Below are positions 23,513 through 32,000 of a stretch of DNA of 32,000 nucleotides, piece after piece. The stretch comes from Gemmata obscuriglobus. GTDB taxonomy: Bacteria > Planctomycetota > Planctomycetia > Gemmatales > Gemmataceae. The notes under the pieces were generated by a model. That model saw only the letters and a program-made list of their open reading frames with translations, did not search any database and was not told where the DNA came from. The position numbers and the translations under genes are program-made. The DNA is taken from NCBI RefSeq assembly GCF_008065095.1, contig NZ_CP042911.1:270001-302000 (forward strand), given 5' to 3'. Every line of letters begins with the position of its first letter. The stretch's first letter is position 1.

Positions 23513-24355
23513 TCATGCGCCAAGCATGGAACGCCGGAAGAACTCCCAAATCATTTCGGTGGCGCGGACCGCGGTCGAGGGCGGGCCGGCGAGCCGCGGG
23601 TTCAGCAGCGCCCGGCCGCCGGGCCAGTGGTGCCCGAGCCCTTCAATCGTTACCGCGTCGAACGTGACCGGGCCGGGGTACGTGTCTACCCGGACCGCCG
23701 GATCGTCGCTCCGGACGACCGGTGCGGCCGCACACCCGAGCGCCTGCGCCCAGCGTTCGAGCGTGTCGGTGACCGGCGGCCGCCGCACGAGGCGCTGGTT
23801 CCAGGGCAAGCGCACGTCCCCGCCGCGGAGCGGGATCAGCAGGTCTCGTGTGCCGACTGTGTAGAGCGTGGGCACCGGGCGCAAAAGTTGCAGGTCACCA
23901 ACCCAACAGTAACCGGCGACCGGCGCGATCGCGGCCACCCGATCGGCGGCCTCAGCGGCCAACCGGAACGCCATTCCGGCGCCGTTCGAGAACCCTGTTA
24001 CAAACACGTGCCGCGGATCGACTTCGTAACGAACGGCCGCGTCATCGATAACCGCGGTCAGAAACTCGACGTCGTTTTGTTGTGGCTGTTGGAACAGCGG
24101 CGGCGAGCCGTCGTTCCACCGCGGCGGGTTTGTGAGGAAGGTGGGCGGTGCCGCCGGGTCGGGCGGGAGTGCCTCCGGCACCGCAAGCGCAAAACCTTCC
24201 TGGCGAGCGAGTTCGGACCAACCAGTTTCCCGATCGGCCCACTCCGCCGTTCCGCCGGTGCCGGTCAGGAAGACCACGAGAGGGGCGCCCGGGGCAGCCG
24301 GGAAAATGAGCCATTCCCGAGAAAATCCGCCGATTTCTGACTGATTTCGTTCCAC
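23513..24355 (-). CDS. alpha/beta hydrolase, PHB-depolymerase-family esterase (LpqC-like)
   Basis: The GFSNGAGMA nucleophile elbow and overall LpqC-like layout (PLVVFLTGTGGTA..., GHHWPGG). Confidence 0.8.
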   Translation of the reverse strand: MERNQSEIGGFSREWLIFPAAPGAPLVVFLTGTGGTAEWADRETGWSELARQEGFALAVPEALPPDPAAPPTFLTNPPRWNDGSPPLFQQPQQNDVEFLTAVIDDAAVRYEVDPRHVFVTGFSNGAGMAFRLAAEAADRVAAIAPVAGYCWVGDLQLLRPVPTLYTVGTRDLLIPLRGGDVRLPWNQRLVRRPPVTDTLERWAQALGCAAAPVVRSDDPAVRVDTYPGPVTFDAVTIEGLGHHWPGGRALLNPRLAGPPSTAVRATEMIWEFFRRSMLGA

Positions 24356-24831
24356 CAGGGCGTTTTAGTGAGTGCCGTCTGAGTCGGAAGGGGATTCGCT
24401 CACAGACCAGACTTCAGAAGTGTGCCAAATTGCGCCACCTGGAGCCAGTTGCGCGGAAAAATGAGGGGCGCCGTTTGCGCCCGAATGCAACTGGTGAAGG
24501 GCGGAAAAGTTTGCCGTGCGATTCCGCGCCCGGGTGCGGATGGTCGGGTATAATAGAGAGCCCCTGATTTCAGGGGATTCTACGCACGCGGTGAACCTTT
24601 CGTTTGCCGAATGCGTCGAACTAAGGGCGGGAACTCCCGCCGTGACCGGAACTGTTTTCTCGCGCGGGTCGGCCAGGAACCTCCGACCCGGGGCACCCCC
24701 TCACGACACCAACGACCCTGACACGGGCGCCGACCCGGGGCACATGCTCCGGCGGCCCGTACCGCGACGCGAACGACCCTGGCGAGCTACAACGCGGTCT
24801 CGAGCCCCGAGGGTGGAGAGCGAACAGGAAC

Positions 24832-26397
24832 ATGAACCGGATGACGCACAACGACGGCTTCACCGACCGCCCGGACGACGAGACCCGCGAGGATCTCGAC
24901 GAGAAGGCCCACGGGCGCGACGAGGACGAGGACGACCTGGCCGACGAGTCCGACGAGGACGAGGACACCGCGCTCGAACCGGCCCGCGGGGAGGACGAGG
25001 GCGCCGCGGAGGACGAGTACGCGAGCGGCCCGGACGACGCGCTCGGGCTGTACCTGCGCCAGATGGGCTCCATCCCGTTGCTGAACCGCGAGAAGGAACT
25101 GGCGCTCGCCAAGCGGCTGGAGCACCACCGCAACCGCTTCCGCGCCGCGGCCCTGCTGTGCCCGCGGCTGCTGGACCGGGCGCGGGAGAAGTTCGAGCAG
25201 ATCGCCGCCGGGCAAACGCCGATCGATCCCAACATCGACGCCTACTCGTCGGCCGACCTGCGGCTCACCCGCGCGCAGATCCACGCCCGCCTCGCGACCG
25301 ACCTGCCGACCCTCGGCGTGCTCCTCCAGCAGGACGCCGAGGTGTTCGCCGCCGGCGCCCGGGACGAGTATCGGGGCTCCCGCAGCGACTGGCAGCGGGA
25401 CCGGTTCCTGCGGCTCGCGAAGTGCCGCCGGCTGGTCCACGAGCTGTCGCCGCGCACGGAGATCCTGGAGCGCTGGACGGACGAGCTGAACGACCTGGCC
25501 GATGAACTGAAGCATTTGGCGATCGCGCACGCTGCGGCGGCCTCGCCTGCGGACCGCGCCCGGCTCGGCCGGCAGCTCCGCGACGCCGAGTGCCGCGCCT
25601 GCATGACCGCCGACGAACTGGCCGCGCTGGTCCGGGTGCTCCGTAAGCGCCGGCTGGCCTATCAGGCGGTGCGCAAGGAACTGGCCGAGGCGAACCTGCG
25701 GCTGGTGGTGTCGATCGCGAAGAACTACCGCAACCGCGGGCTGCCGTTCTCGGACCTGATCCAGGAGGGCAACCGCGGGCTGATGCGGGCCGTCGACAAG
25801 TACGAGTGGCGGCTGGAGTTCAAGTTCGGCACCTACGCGACGTGGTGGGTGCGGCAGGGCATCACCCGGGCGCTGCACGACAACGCCCGCACCGTGCGCG
25901 TGCCGTGCCACCAGATCAGCCTGCTGTCGCGCATGGAGAAGTTGCGCGGCGAACTGACGGTAGCGACCGGCCGCGAGCCCACCTCCGAGGAACTGGCGGA
26001 GGCGCTGGGGGTGAAGCCCGAGGAGGCGCGGAGCCTGCGCATCGTCGGCCGGCACCCGGTCAGCCTGAACGACTCGGTGGGCGGAGATGGGGAGCGTGCG
26101 CTGGAGGACTTCCTCAGCGACACGCACATCTCCCCGCCCGGCGAGCACGTGGACGCGAACCTGTTGAAGGAACGCATCGGCGAGGTGCTGAAGAGCCTTG
26201 CGCCGCGTGAGCGTGAGGTGATCGAGCTGCGGTTCGGGCTGAAGGACGGCACCCCGAAGACGCTCGACGAGGTGGCGAAGCAGTACGGGATCACCCGCGA
26301 GCGCATCCGCCAGATCGAGGCCCGCGGCCTGTTGAAGCTGCGCCAGCCGACCCGCTCCTGCCGGCTCGAAGAGTTCGCTGACGCCGACGAAGAGTAA
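24832..26397 (+). CDS. rpoD: primary RNA polymerase sigma factor RpoD/SigA
   Basis: Acidic N-terminus, region 1.2 ([23 protein letters not shown]), region 2 ([40 protein letters not shown]...[16 protein letters not shown]), and regions 3 and 4 ([27 protein letters not shown]). Confidence 0.93.
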   Translation: MNRMTHNDGFTDRPDDETREDLDEKAHGRDEDEDDLADESDEDEDTALEPARGEDEGAAEDEYASGPDDALGLYLRQMGSIPLLNREKELALAKRLEHHRNRFRAAALLCPRLLDRAREKFEQIAAGQTPIDPNIDAYSSADLRLTRAQIHARLATDLPTLGVLLQQDAEVFAAGARDEYRGSRSDWQRDRFLRLAKCRRLVHELSPRTEILERWTDELNDLADELKHLAIAHAAAASPADRARLGRQLRDAECRACMTADELAALVRVLRKRRLAYQAVRKELAEANLRLVVSIAKNYRNRGLPFSDLIQEGNRGLMRAVDKYEWRLEFKFGTYATWWVRQGITRALHDNARTVRVPCHQISLLSRMEKLRGELTVATGREPTSEELAEALGVKPEEARSLRIVGRHPVSLNDSVGGDGERALEDFLSDTHISPPGEHVDANLLKERIGEVLKSLAPREREVIELRFGLKDGTPKTLDEVAKQYGITRERIRQIEARGLLKLRQPTRSCRLEEFADADEE

Positions 26398-26415
26398 AGC
26401 GATCTGTGTTTTCCG

Positions 26416-26463
26416 CGCCGCCGGCCGGTCCCTTCAGAGAAGGGACCGGCCGGCGGCGTTTGG
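26416..26463 (+). terminator. strong hairpin terminator after rpoD
   Basis: Perfect 19-bp stem cgccgccggccggtccctt / aagggaccggccggcggcg with a 5-nt loop, followed by TTTGG. It begins 19 nt after the stop. Confidence 0.65.
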
Positions 26464-26518
26464 TAGTCACGCTCTCGCCGGGGGCTCTCACCCCCGGGGC
26501 CGCGCTTGCGTCGCGCAG

Positions 26519-26548
26519 CACCCGTCTGCTGACGCAGGCGGTTCGACC
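26519..26548. repeat. 30-nt motif shared with the core hairpin arm of the MITE-like element
   Basis: cacccgtctgctgacgcaggcggttcgacc versus 7088-7117 cacccgcccgccgacgccggcggttcgacc (about 26/30 identical by eye). Confidence 0.45.
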
Positions 26549-26677
26549 GGTTACGTTCGGTCCCTGAGCCCTGGAAGGGCGACCGTTGGTAACGAGAGGT
26601 TACTTCGCCCCCGCTCGCCTTTGGTGCGGTCGCGCCCGACAATGCCTCCTCCCGCACGACGCACACAGGGACGCGGC

Positions 26678-27556
26678 ATGACCGAGCCGGTACTGGCCAC
26701 CGAGAACCTGACCAAAGACTACGGCTCGTTCCGCGCGCTCCGCGCGCTCACGCTGTCGGTGCAACCCGGCGAGGTGGTGGGGCTGCTCGGCCCGAACGGG
26801 TCCGGCAAGTCCACCGCGCTGCGGCTCATGCTCGGCTTCATTCGGCCCACCGCGGGCCGCGCTACCCTCGCGGGTTTCGACTGTTGGTCCCAGAGCGTCG
26901 AGGCACGCAAGCGGGTCGCGTACCTGCCCGGCGAACTGCGGCTCTACGAGACGATGACCGGGCGCCGGCTCGTCTCGTTCCTCGCCCGGCTCCGCGGCGA
27001 CACGGCCGGGCCGGAAGTCGAGGCGCTGGCCAAGAAGCTGGACATCGACATCGACCGGCCGCTGACGCAGATGTCGAGCGGGATGAAGCGCAAGGTCGCG
27101 CTGCTCGCGGTGCTCGTGCCCCGGGTGCCGCTCATCATCCTGGACGAGCCGACCAACACGCTCGACCCCACCATGCGTGACGAACTGTTGGACCAGTTGA
27201 AGTCGGCCAAAGCCCGTGGCCAGGCGGTGCTGTTCTCGTCGCACGTGCTGCAAGAGGTGGAAGCGGTGTGCGACCGGGTGGCGGTGCTGCGCCGGGGCGA
27301 GCTGGTCCACGTGCAGCACATGAGCGAGTTGCGCGAGGGCCGCGCGGTCCGCGCGCGGCTCACCGGTCCGGCCCCGGCGCGCGGCCCCGGCGGTACGGAA
27401 CTCGGTCCCGACGAGCTGACCGGCGACGGGCGGTTGCAGCTCACGTTCCGCGGCCCGCTGCCGGTCCTACTGGAGTGGCTCGCGAACCAACCGCTCACGG
27501 ACCTCGTCGTCGAGCCGCAAGGGCTGACGCCGATCTACAAGAAGTACCACGGGTGA
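26678..27556 (+). CDS. ABC transporter ATP-binding protein
   Basis: Walker A GPNGSGKST, signature MSSGMKRKV, Walker B LIILDEPT. Start taken at MTEPVLATENL. Confidence 0.88.
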   Translation: MTEPVLATENLTKDYGSFRALRALTLSVQPGEVVGLLGPNGSGKSTALRLMLGFIRPTAGRATLAGFDCWSQSVEARKRVAYLPGELRLYETMTGRRLVSFLARLRGDTAGPEVEALAKKLDIDIDRPLTQMSSGMKRKVALLAVLVPRVPLIILDEPTNTLDPTMRDELLDQLKSAKARGQAVLFSSHVLQEVEAVCDRVAVLRRGELVHVQHMSELREGRAVRARLTGPAPARGPGGTELGPDELTGDGRLQLTFRGPLPVLLEWLANQPLTDLVVEPQGLTPIYKKYHG

Positions 27557-27721
27557 GGTCGGCGCCGCGAGGCGTGGAGGTGTGGTTCTGGTCTTGAGCG
27601 TGGCCGCTCGCTCCCCGAGCGGTGCTTCGGGAATCGGATCGGCCATGTGGTGCGTCCGGTGCGGCGTCGCAGCCGCCGTCTTGAAGTGGTGATTTCAGCC
27701 CTGTGGGTCGCGCGAGGCGCT

Positions 27722-28717
27722 ATGACGTTCATTCTCGTTCGCAAGCTGCTGCGCGACGCGCGGGCCGCGCTGATCGTGGTGTGCCTGCTGCTGTTCGTGT
27801 TCGCCGCCTTCTGGGTGAAGATCACCCAGCGCGTCACGACGCAGATCGTTCCGGTGGCCCGGCTGGTGTCGCAGCCGTTCGGCAACGAGAAGACGCTGGA
27901 GAAGGTGTTCGTCCGCGGGCCGAGCAAGGTGTCGCAGGCGGCACTCGGCTGGGGCGAGGTGAACTTCAACCAGCCGGTCGACTTCCTGGCCATCGGCCTG
28001 CTGCACCCGGTGGTGCTGGTCGTGTGCCTCGTGTGGGGGGTGGGCCGGGCGGCCGGGGCGGTCGCGGGCGAGTTGGACCGGGGGACGATGGAACTGCTGC
28101 TCTCGCAACCGGTGCCGCGACACCAACTCGTCCTCGCGCACCTCGCGGTCGATGCGGTGGTGCTGCCGCTGCTGTGCCTGAGCTTCTTCGCGGGCACGCA
28201 GTTCGGGCTGTGGGCGGCGGGCGACTTCGTGCCCGATTACGCCCTGCTCGACGAGGCCGCCAAGGAGTCGCCGAAGCTCGCGTCGCTGCTCGACCTGATC
28301 CCGCTCGACCGCACCCCGCTCGCCGTGAACGCGCAGGGCGAACTCCTCGGGCTGGTGAACACGCTCGGGCTGCTGTTCGCCATTAGTGGGATGACGCTGG
28401 CGCTCTCCGCCCTGGGCCGCAGCCGGTGGCGGGTGATCGGCTATGCGGTGCTGGTACTGGTCGTGATGTTCCTGGCGAACACGATCGGCCAGTTGTGGGA
28501 GCCGGCGGGCTGGGTGCGGCCGTTCACGCTGTTCTACTACTACCAGCCGCAGCGCGCGATGATCGAGGGGGCGTGGTGCGTCGACCTGGGCAAGACGTGG
28601 GAACTCGGCCGCCCGGTGCCGGTGCCGGCGGTCGGGGTGCTGCTGGCGGTCGGGGCGGCCGGGTACGCGCTGGCGCTGCGGGCCTTCACCCGGCGCGACC
28701 TGCCGGCCCCGCTGTGA
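27722..28717 (+). CDS. ABC-2-type transporter permease
   Basis: Multi-pass hydrophobic protein directly downstream of the ATPase gene. The ATG at 27722 is preceded by GAGG; the alternative start at 27647 adds an Arg-rich leader. Confidence 0.7.
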   Translation: MTFILVRKLLRDARAALIVVCLLLFVFAAFWVKITQRVTTQIVPVARLVSQPFGNEKTLEKVFVRGPSKVSQAALGWGEVNFNQPVDFLAIGLLHPVVLVVCLVWGVGRAAGAVAGELDRGTMELLLSQPVPRHQLVLAHLAVDAVVLPLLCLSFFAGTQFGLWAAGDFVPDYALLDEAAKESPKLASLLDLIPLDRTPLAVNAQGELLGLVNTLGLLFAISGMTLALSALGRSRWRVIGYAVLVLVVMFLANTIGQLWEPAGWVRPFTLFYYYQPQRAMIEGAWCVDLGKTWELGRPVPVPAVGVLLAVGAAGYALALRAFTRRDLPAPL

Positions 28718-28906
28718 TCCGCGGCCGTTCAATCGCGCCGGAGGGGCGTGCGGTCCCCGGCGTGTGGCCCGCTCACGGAGCGGCTGCGCAACGGCCGGTG
28801 CTGCAATCCGTAACAGCGATCTGACACCCGAGGCACCGCTCGCAGAGCGAGCGGGCGGCATTGCACACGGCACCGGTTGCGTTCCCCCGCAGCCGCGACC
28901 CCACAC

Positions 28907-29314
28907 TCACTTCTTGGTCTTGAACACCAGCAGGTACGGGACCGCCGAGCGGTCGTCGGCGTCTTTGAAGTTTCCGAACTTCTCGCTGTTCACCCAGATC
29001 GCATAGGTCTTGCCGGGTTCCAGTTTCACCGGCAGCACGCAGGTCCGCTTGTCCGCGAGGTACTTTGGTTTGCCGTCCAGCTTCGGGAAGCTCTCCTCGG
29101 ACACGGTGGCCCACGACCAGGATTTGTCCTGCATGTCCTTGCTGAACGTGACCCGAATTTCGGTCACCTTCGGATCGACCTCTCCGGCCCCGGCTTCGGG
29201 AACCGTCTTCACGACCACTGGGGGAACGGAACCGAGGGTCACGTCGTCCGCCCGTGCGGCGGTCCCGCCGAGACCGCTCGCCAGAGCCACAAGGATAGCC
29301 GTCACGCAATTCAT
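28907..29314 (-). CDS. secreted Ig-like (SbsA/Big_5-like) domain protein
   Basis: Signal peptide MNCVTAILVALASGLGGTAARA, then PPVVVKTVPEAGAGEVDPKVTEIRVTFSKDM...PGKTYAIWVN. GGAGG Shine-Dalgarno upstream of the ATG at 29314. Confidence 0.7.
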   Translation of the reverse strand: MNCVTAILVALASGLGGTAARADDVTLGSVPPVVVKTVPEAGAGEVDPKVTEIRVTFSKDMQDKSWSWATVSEESFPKLDGKPKYLADKRTCVLPVKLEPGKTYAIWVNSEKFGNFKDADDRSAVPYLLVFKTKK

Positions 29315-29465
29315 GTGGTTGCACCTCCGCCGGCCGGCAAGCGGGGCGCTTGCCGGTCCGGCCGCTACTGAAACGACGGCGCACGCCCCCCAATTCAGCC
29401 AACGCCCCTTAAGCAGGCGGGTGTAGCGTGTTGGGTTCCGCAAGTGATGTTATCTCGGCCAGCGT

Positions 29466-29490
29466 CAACTTGAAGCTACTGGAATCGATC
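29466..29490. repeat. degenerate solo end of the GAATCCAGT-AGTTTCAAGTTCG family
   Basis: caacttgaagctactggaatcgatc versus 7198-7222 cgaacttgaaactactggaatcaatc. Confidence 0.5.
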
Positions 29491-29595
29491 CGACTCCGGC
29501 CGGTACCGGATCGCGTTGCCCGGCGCGTGAAAAAGCCCCTTCCACTTGGAGGGGGCCTCGCGTTCGCGAATCGGCTGTGCGGTGGATAAAGCTGG

Positions 29596-29632
29596 GGCGA
29601 TTGGCCGAAGCGAGACGAACTTGAAAGTACTG
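29596..29632. repeat. second degenerate end of the same family, direct orientation
   Basis: ggcgattggccgaagcgagacgaacttgaaagtactg versus 7178-7215 ggccgattgccaaagccgcgcgaacttgaaactactgg. Confidence 0.45.
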
Positions 29633-29649
29633 TTGCGGCTACGGGCCGT

Positions 29650-29727
29650 CAAAAAGCGGCCACTCGCGGTCCGTCCGCGGCCTTGGCCCCACCACAGGCG
29701 CGGGGCCAAGGCCGCGGGCCGACCGCT
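29650..29727 (-). terminator. terminator hairpin after the WD40-kinase gene
   Basis: Perfect 16-bp stem ccgcggccttggcccc / ggggccaaggccgcgg (29675-29690 / 29702-29717), with outer aagcgg/ccgctt pairing. A TTTTT run follows on the minus strand. Confidence 0.5.
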
Positions 29728-29732
29728 TCATA

Positions 29733-32000
29733 CTACTTCTTGATCTCCCACACCTTCACGGTGCCGTCGCGCCCGCCGGCGGCGAGCGTCGTGCCGTCCC
29801 GGGCGAACCGGACCACGTGGTACGCCGTCGGGCCGTGGAAGGAGAACACCTCGGCGCCGGTCTCCACGTCCCACACCTTCACGAACCCGTCGGACCCGGC
29901 ACTGGCGACCCACTTCCCGTTGTTCCCGAAACTCACCGACCAGGCGTCGAGGTCGTGGGCCTTGATCGGCTGGAGCTGCGTGCCGTTGACCGCGTCCCAG
30001 ATGCGGACGTAACCGTCCCACCCGGCGCTGGCGATCCGCGACCCGTCGGGGCTGAACACCACCGAATACACCCCGCCTTTGTGCTGGGCCAGGTCCACCG
30101 ACTCCACCGCCCCCTCACCGTTGATCCAGTTCACGTTCTTCAGGTTCCACACTTTCACCTTGCCGTCCGAGCCGGCACTCGCGAGCTGGGTGCCGTCCGG
30201 GTTGTACGCCACCGAGTGGACGGTGCCGCGGTGCTGGAGCTTCACCACCGCGATGTTGTTCGCCCAGTCCCAGATCTTGACCTGCGAGTTCCGGCTCCCG
30301 GTCGCGAGGTACTTCCCGTTCGGGCTGAAGGCCGCGGTTTTGGTCGAGGTCGATTCGGGGAACGAGAACTCGGGCCGCTGCACGTTTTGCAGGTTCCAGA
30401 AGGTGACCGCCGAGTCGTCGGACGCCACCATCAGGTACTTACACTTCAGGCACGCGTCCGCGGCCCAGATGTTCCCGCTGTTGCCGTCCGGGTGGTTCAG
30501 CTCGTTCCGCACCGTCCCCCGCTGCCAGTCCCAGATTTTGACCGTGCCGGACTCCATGCCCATCACGAGCTGGTTGTTGTCCAGGAACGTGATGGCCCAC
30601 ACCGCCCCGGACTCGCCCCGGAGGACGATTTTCGGCTCGGGGTTCGTGGTCGTCCGGCGGGCCGCGCCGCTGGCCACGTCGATGCCGCGGAGCGTAACGA
30701 GCTGCGTCAGGTCGGCCGCGACCGGCGCCGGCGCAACGAGGTCCGGCGGAAGAACCGGTTCGGCGTTCACGGGCTTGCCGTTCCCACCCAGCGAGAACCA
30801 GAGTGCGCCGACCGCGATGGCGCCGAGCGCCGACCCGCCGGCCCACGCCTTCGACCGGTGCGCGACCGCCTTCCAGCAGATCGGTTGCCTCCGCAGCCGG
30901 GTGCTGGAGCGCGACCCCGCGCACACCTCGGCCGGCACGTCGAGCGGCGAGAGCATGTGCATCTCGGCCAGCCCCTCGGCGAACACCTCCGCCACCTCGG
31001 CGGCGCTCTGGAACCGCTCCGCGGGCTCTTTCTGGAGGAGCCGGTCCACGGCGTCGGACAGCCACTTCGGGATGTCGGGGTTGATCCGCACCAGCGGCAT
31101 CTGCGTCTCGTCCGAGACGCGCCGCAGCACCGCCAGCGGGGTCTTCGCGTCGAACGGGGCGACGCCCGTGGCCGCTTCGTACAGCACCGTCCCGAGCGAG
31201 AACAGGTCGGCCCGGGTGTCCACCGGCTCGCCCCGGGCCTGCTCGGGGGCCATGTACAGCGGCGACCCGGCCACGAACCCGGTGCGGGTGAGCTTCACGT
31301 CCTCCGCCGCCCGCGCGAGACCGAAGTCGGTCAGCTTCACGCGGTCGACGGGCGCTTCGAGCAGAATGTTGCCGGGCTTGATGTCGCGGTGGATGAGCCC
31401 GCCGGCGTGCGCGGCCGCGAGCCCCGCCGCCGCCTGCATCCCGAGCCGCGCGACCTCCCCGGCGGACAGCTTGCCGCCCCGCTTGATGCGCTGCTCGAGC
31501 GACTCGCCCTGGATCAACTGCATCACGAGGTACGGGAGCCCCGACGGCTCGTCCTCGTTGACCTGGTGGACCGCGACGAGGTTGTCGTGGGTGACCGCCG
31601 CGGCGGCGCGGGCCTCGCGGCAGAACCGCTGCCGCGCGACCTCGTTGTTGGCCAGTTGCGGGTCGATCACCTTGATGGCGACGTTGCGGTCGAGGGACGG
31701 GTCGTAGGCCTGGAGCACCACGCCCATCCCGCCCCGGCCGACGACCCGAACGATCTCGAACTGCGCGAGCTTGCCGAGCTGGTCCGCCTTGTCCGGCGGT
31801 TGGAGGAACTCGAGCTTGAGGTCGTTTTCCGGCGCGGGGGTGTCGGCCAGGCCACCGGTCGCGAAAAACGCCGTGCGGCGCAGCTCGTCTTCGGCGTCGC
31901 GCAGCGCACGCCAGTACGCGGAGTTCTGGGCCGGGGTCTCTTGAGTGGCCTCGCGGAGGTGCTCGGCGAGGTCGGTCCCGGAGCCGGTGAGGCTGTCGAG
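29733..32000 (-). CDS. Ser/Thr protein kinase with TM segment and C-terminal WD40 beta-propeller (5' partial, N-terminus beyond window end)
   Basis: The frame stays open upstream of the listed Met through base 32000 (translating ...FEIVRVVGRGGMGVVLQA, the Gly-loop). HRDIKPGNILL, DFGLAR, APEQ. Repeated WD40 units follow (e.g. VWAITF...VKIWDW, VHSVAYNPDG...VKVWNL). Confidence 0.88.
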   Translation of the reverse strand, partial: LDSLTGSGTDLAEHLREATQETPAQNSAYWRALRDAEDELRRTAFFATGGLADTPAPENDLKLEFLQPPDKADQLGKLAQFEIVRVVGRGGMGVVLQAYDPSLDRNVAIKVIDPQLANNEVARQRFCREARAAAAVTHDNLVAVHQVNEDEPSGLPYLVMQLIQGESLEQRIKRGGKLSAGEVARLGMQAAAGLAAAHAGGLIHRDIKPGNILLEAPVDRVKLTDFGLARAAEDVKLTRTGFVAGSPLYMAPEQARGEPVDTRADLFSLGTVLYEAATGVAPFDAKTPLAVLRRVSDETQMPLVRINPDIPKWLSDAVDRLLQKEPAERFQSAAEVAEVFAEGLAEMHMLSPLDVPAEVCAGSRSSTRLRRQPICWKAVAHRSKAWAGGSALGAIAVGALWFSLGGNGKPVNAEPVLPPDLVAPAPVAADLTQLVTLRGIDVASGAARRTTTNPEPKIVLRGESGAVWAITFLDNNQLVMGMESGTVKIWDWQRGTVRNELNHPDGNSGNIWAADACLKCKYLMVASDDSAVTFWNLQNVQRPEFSFPESTSTKTAAFSPNGKYLATGSRNSQVKIWDWANNIAVVKLQHRGTVHSVAYNPDGTQLASAGSDGKVKVWNLKNVNWINGEGAVESVDLAQHKGGVYSVVFSPDGSRIASAGWDGYVRIWDAVNGTQLQPIKAHDLDAWSVSFGNNGKWVASAGSDGFVKVWDVETGAEVFSFHGPTAYHVVRFARDGTTLAAGGRDGTVKVWEIKK

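Noticed and set aside
24549-24554. Perfect TATAAT about 280 nt upstream of rpoD as its promoter
   Set aside because: There is no acceptable -35 or extended -10 (the preceding bases are ggg). It implies a very long leader. It cannot be supported from sequence alone and is left uncalled.

Overview
High-GC window (about two-thirds G+C by eye). The gene content is typical of Planctomycetota and looks Gemmata-like: DUF1501, heme-binding cytochrome/beta-propeller proteins, an ECF sigma paired with a Ser/Thr kinase, and a WD40-kinase. I call 26 CDSs. These include bamA, rpoD, a RelE/ParE toxin-antitoxin pair, an ABC transporter pair, two Ser/Thr kinases, an orphan GHKL kinase-like protein, a SUKH/SMI1 immunity-like protein and a run of small hydrophilic proteins. 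There is also one tRNA-Ala(GGC) with a recognisable promoter and terminator, and one intact IS4-family element with perfect 16-bp inverted repeats and a 12-bp target duplication. The intergenic DNA holds at least three dispersed structured repeat families: a 135-nt palindromic element (2 copies), a 98-nt hairpin repeat (2 copies), and a TIR-bounded 168-bp MITE-like element with solo ends. Most of the long ORFs in the six-frame track are GC-driven shadow frames of the real genes. The most interesting loci are: (i) an operon pairing a PAS/GAF/receiver protein that lacks both phospho-acceptor residues with a minimal calpain-type cysteine protease; this operon is divergent from (ii) an ECF sigma plus a ZAS-motif Ser/Thr kinase carrying an extracytoplasmic DJ-1/PfpI domain without its catalytic Cys/His; (iii) the structured repeat families, which show compensatory arm substitutions; and (iv) an orphan promoter-terminator pair predicting a ~180-nt sRNA. 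All domain calls are by-eye motif recognition. No searches were run.
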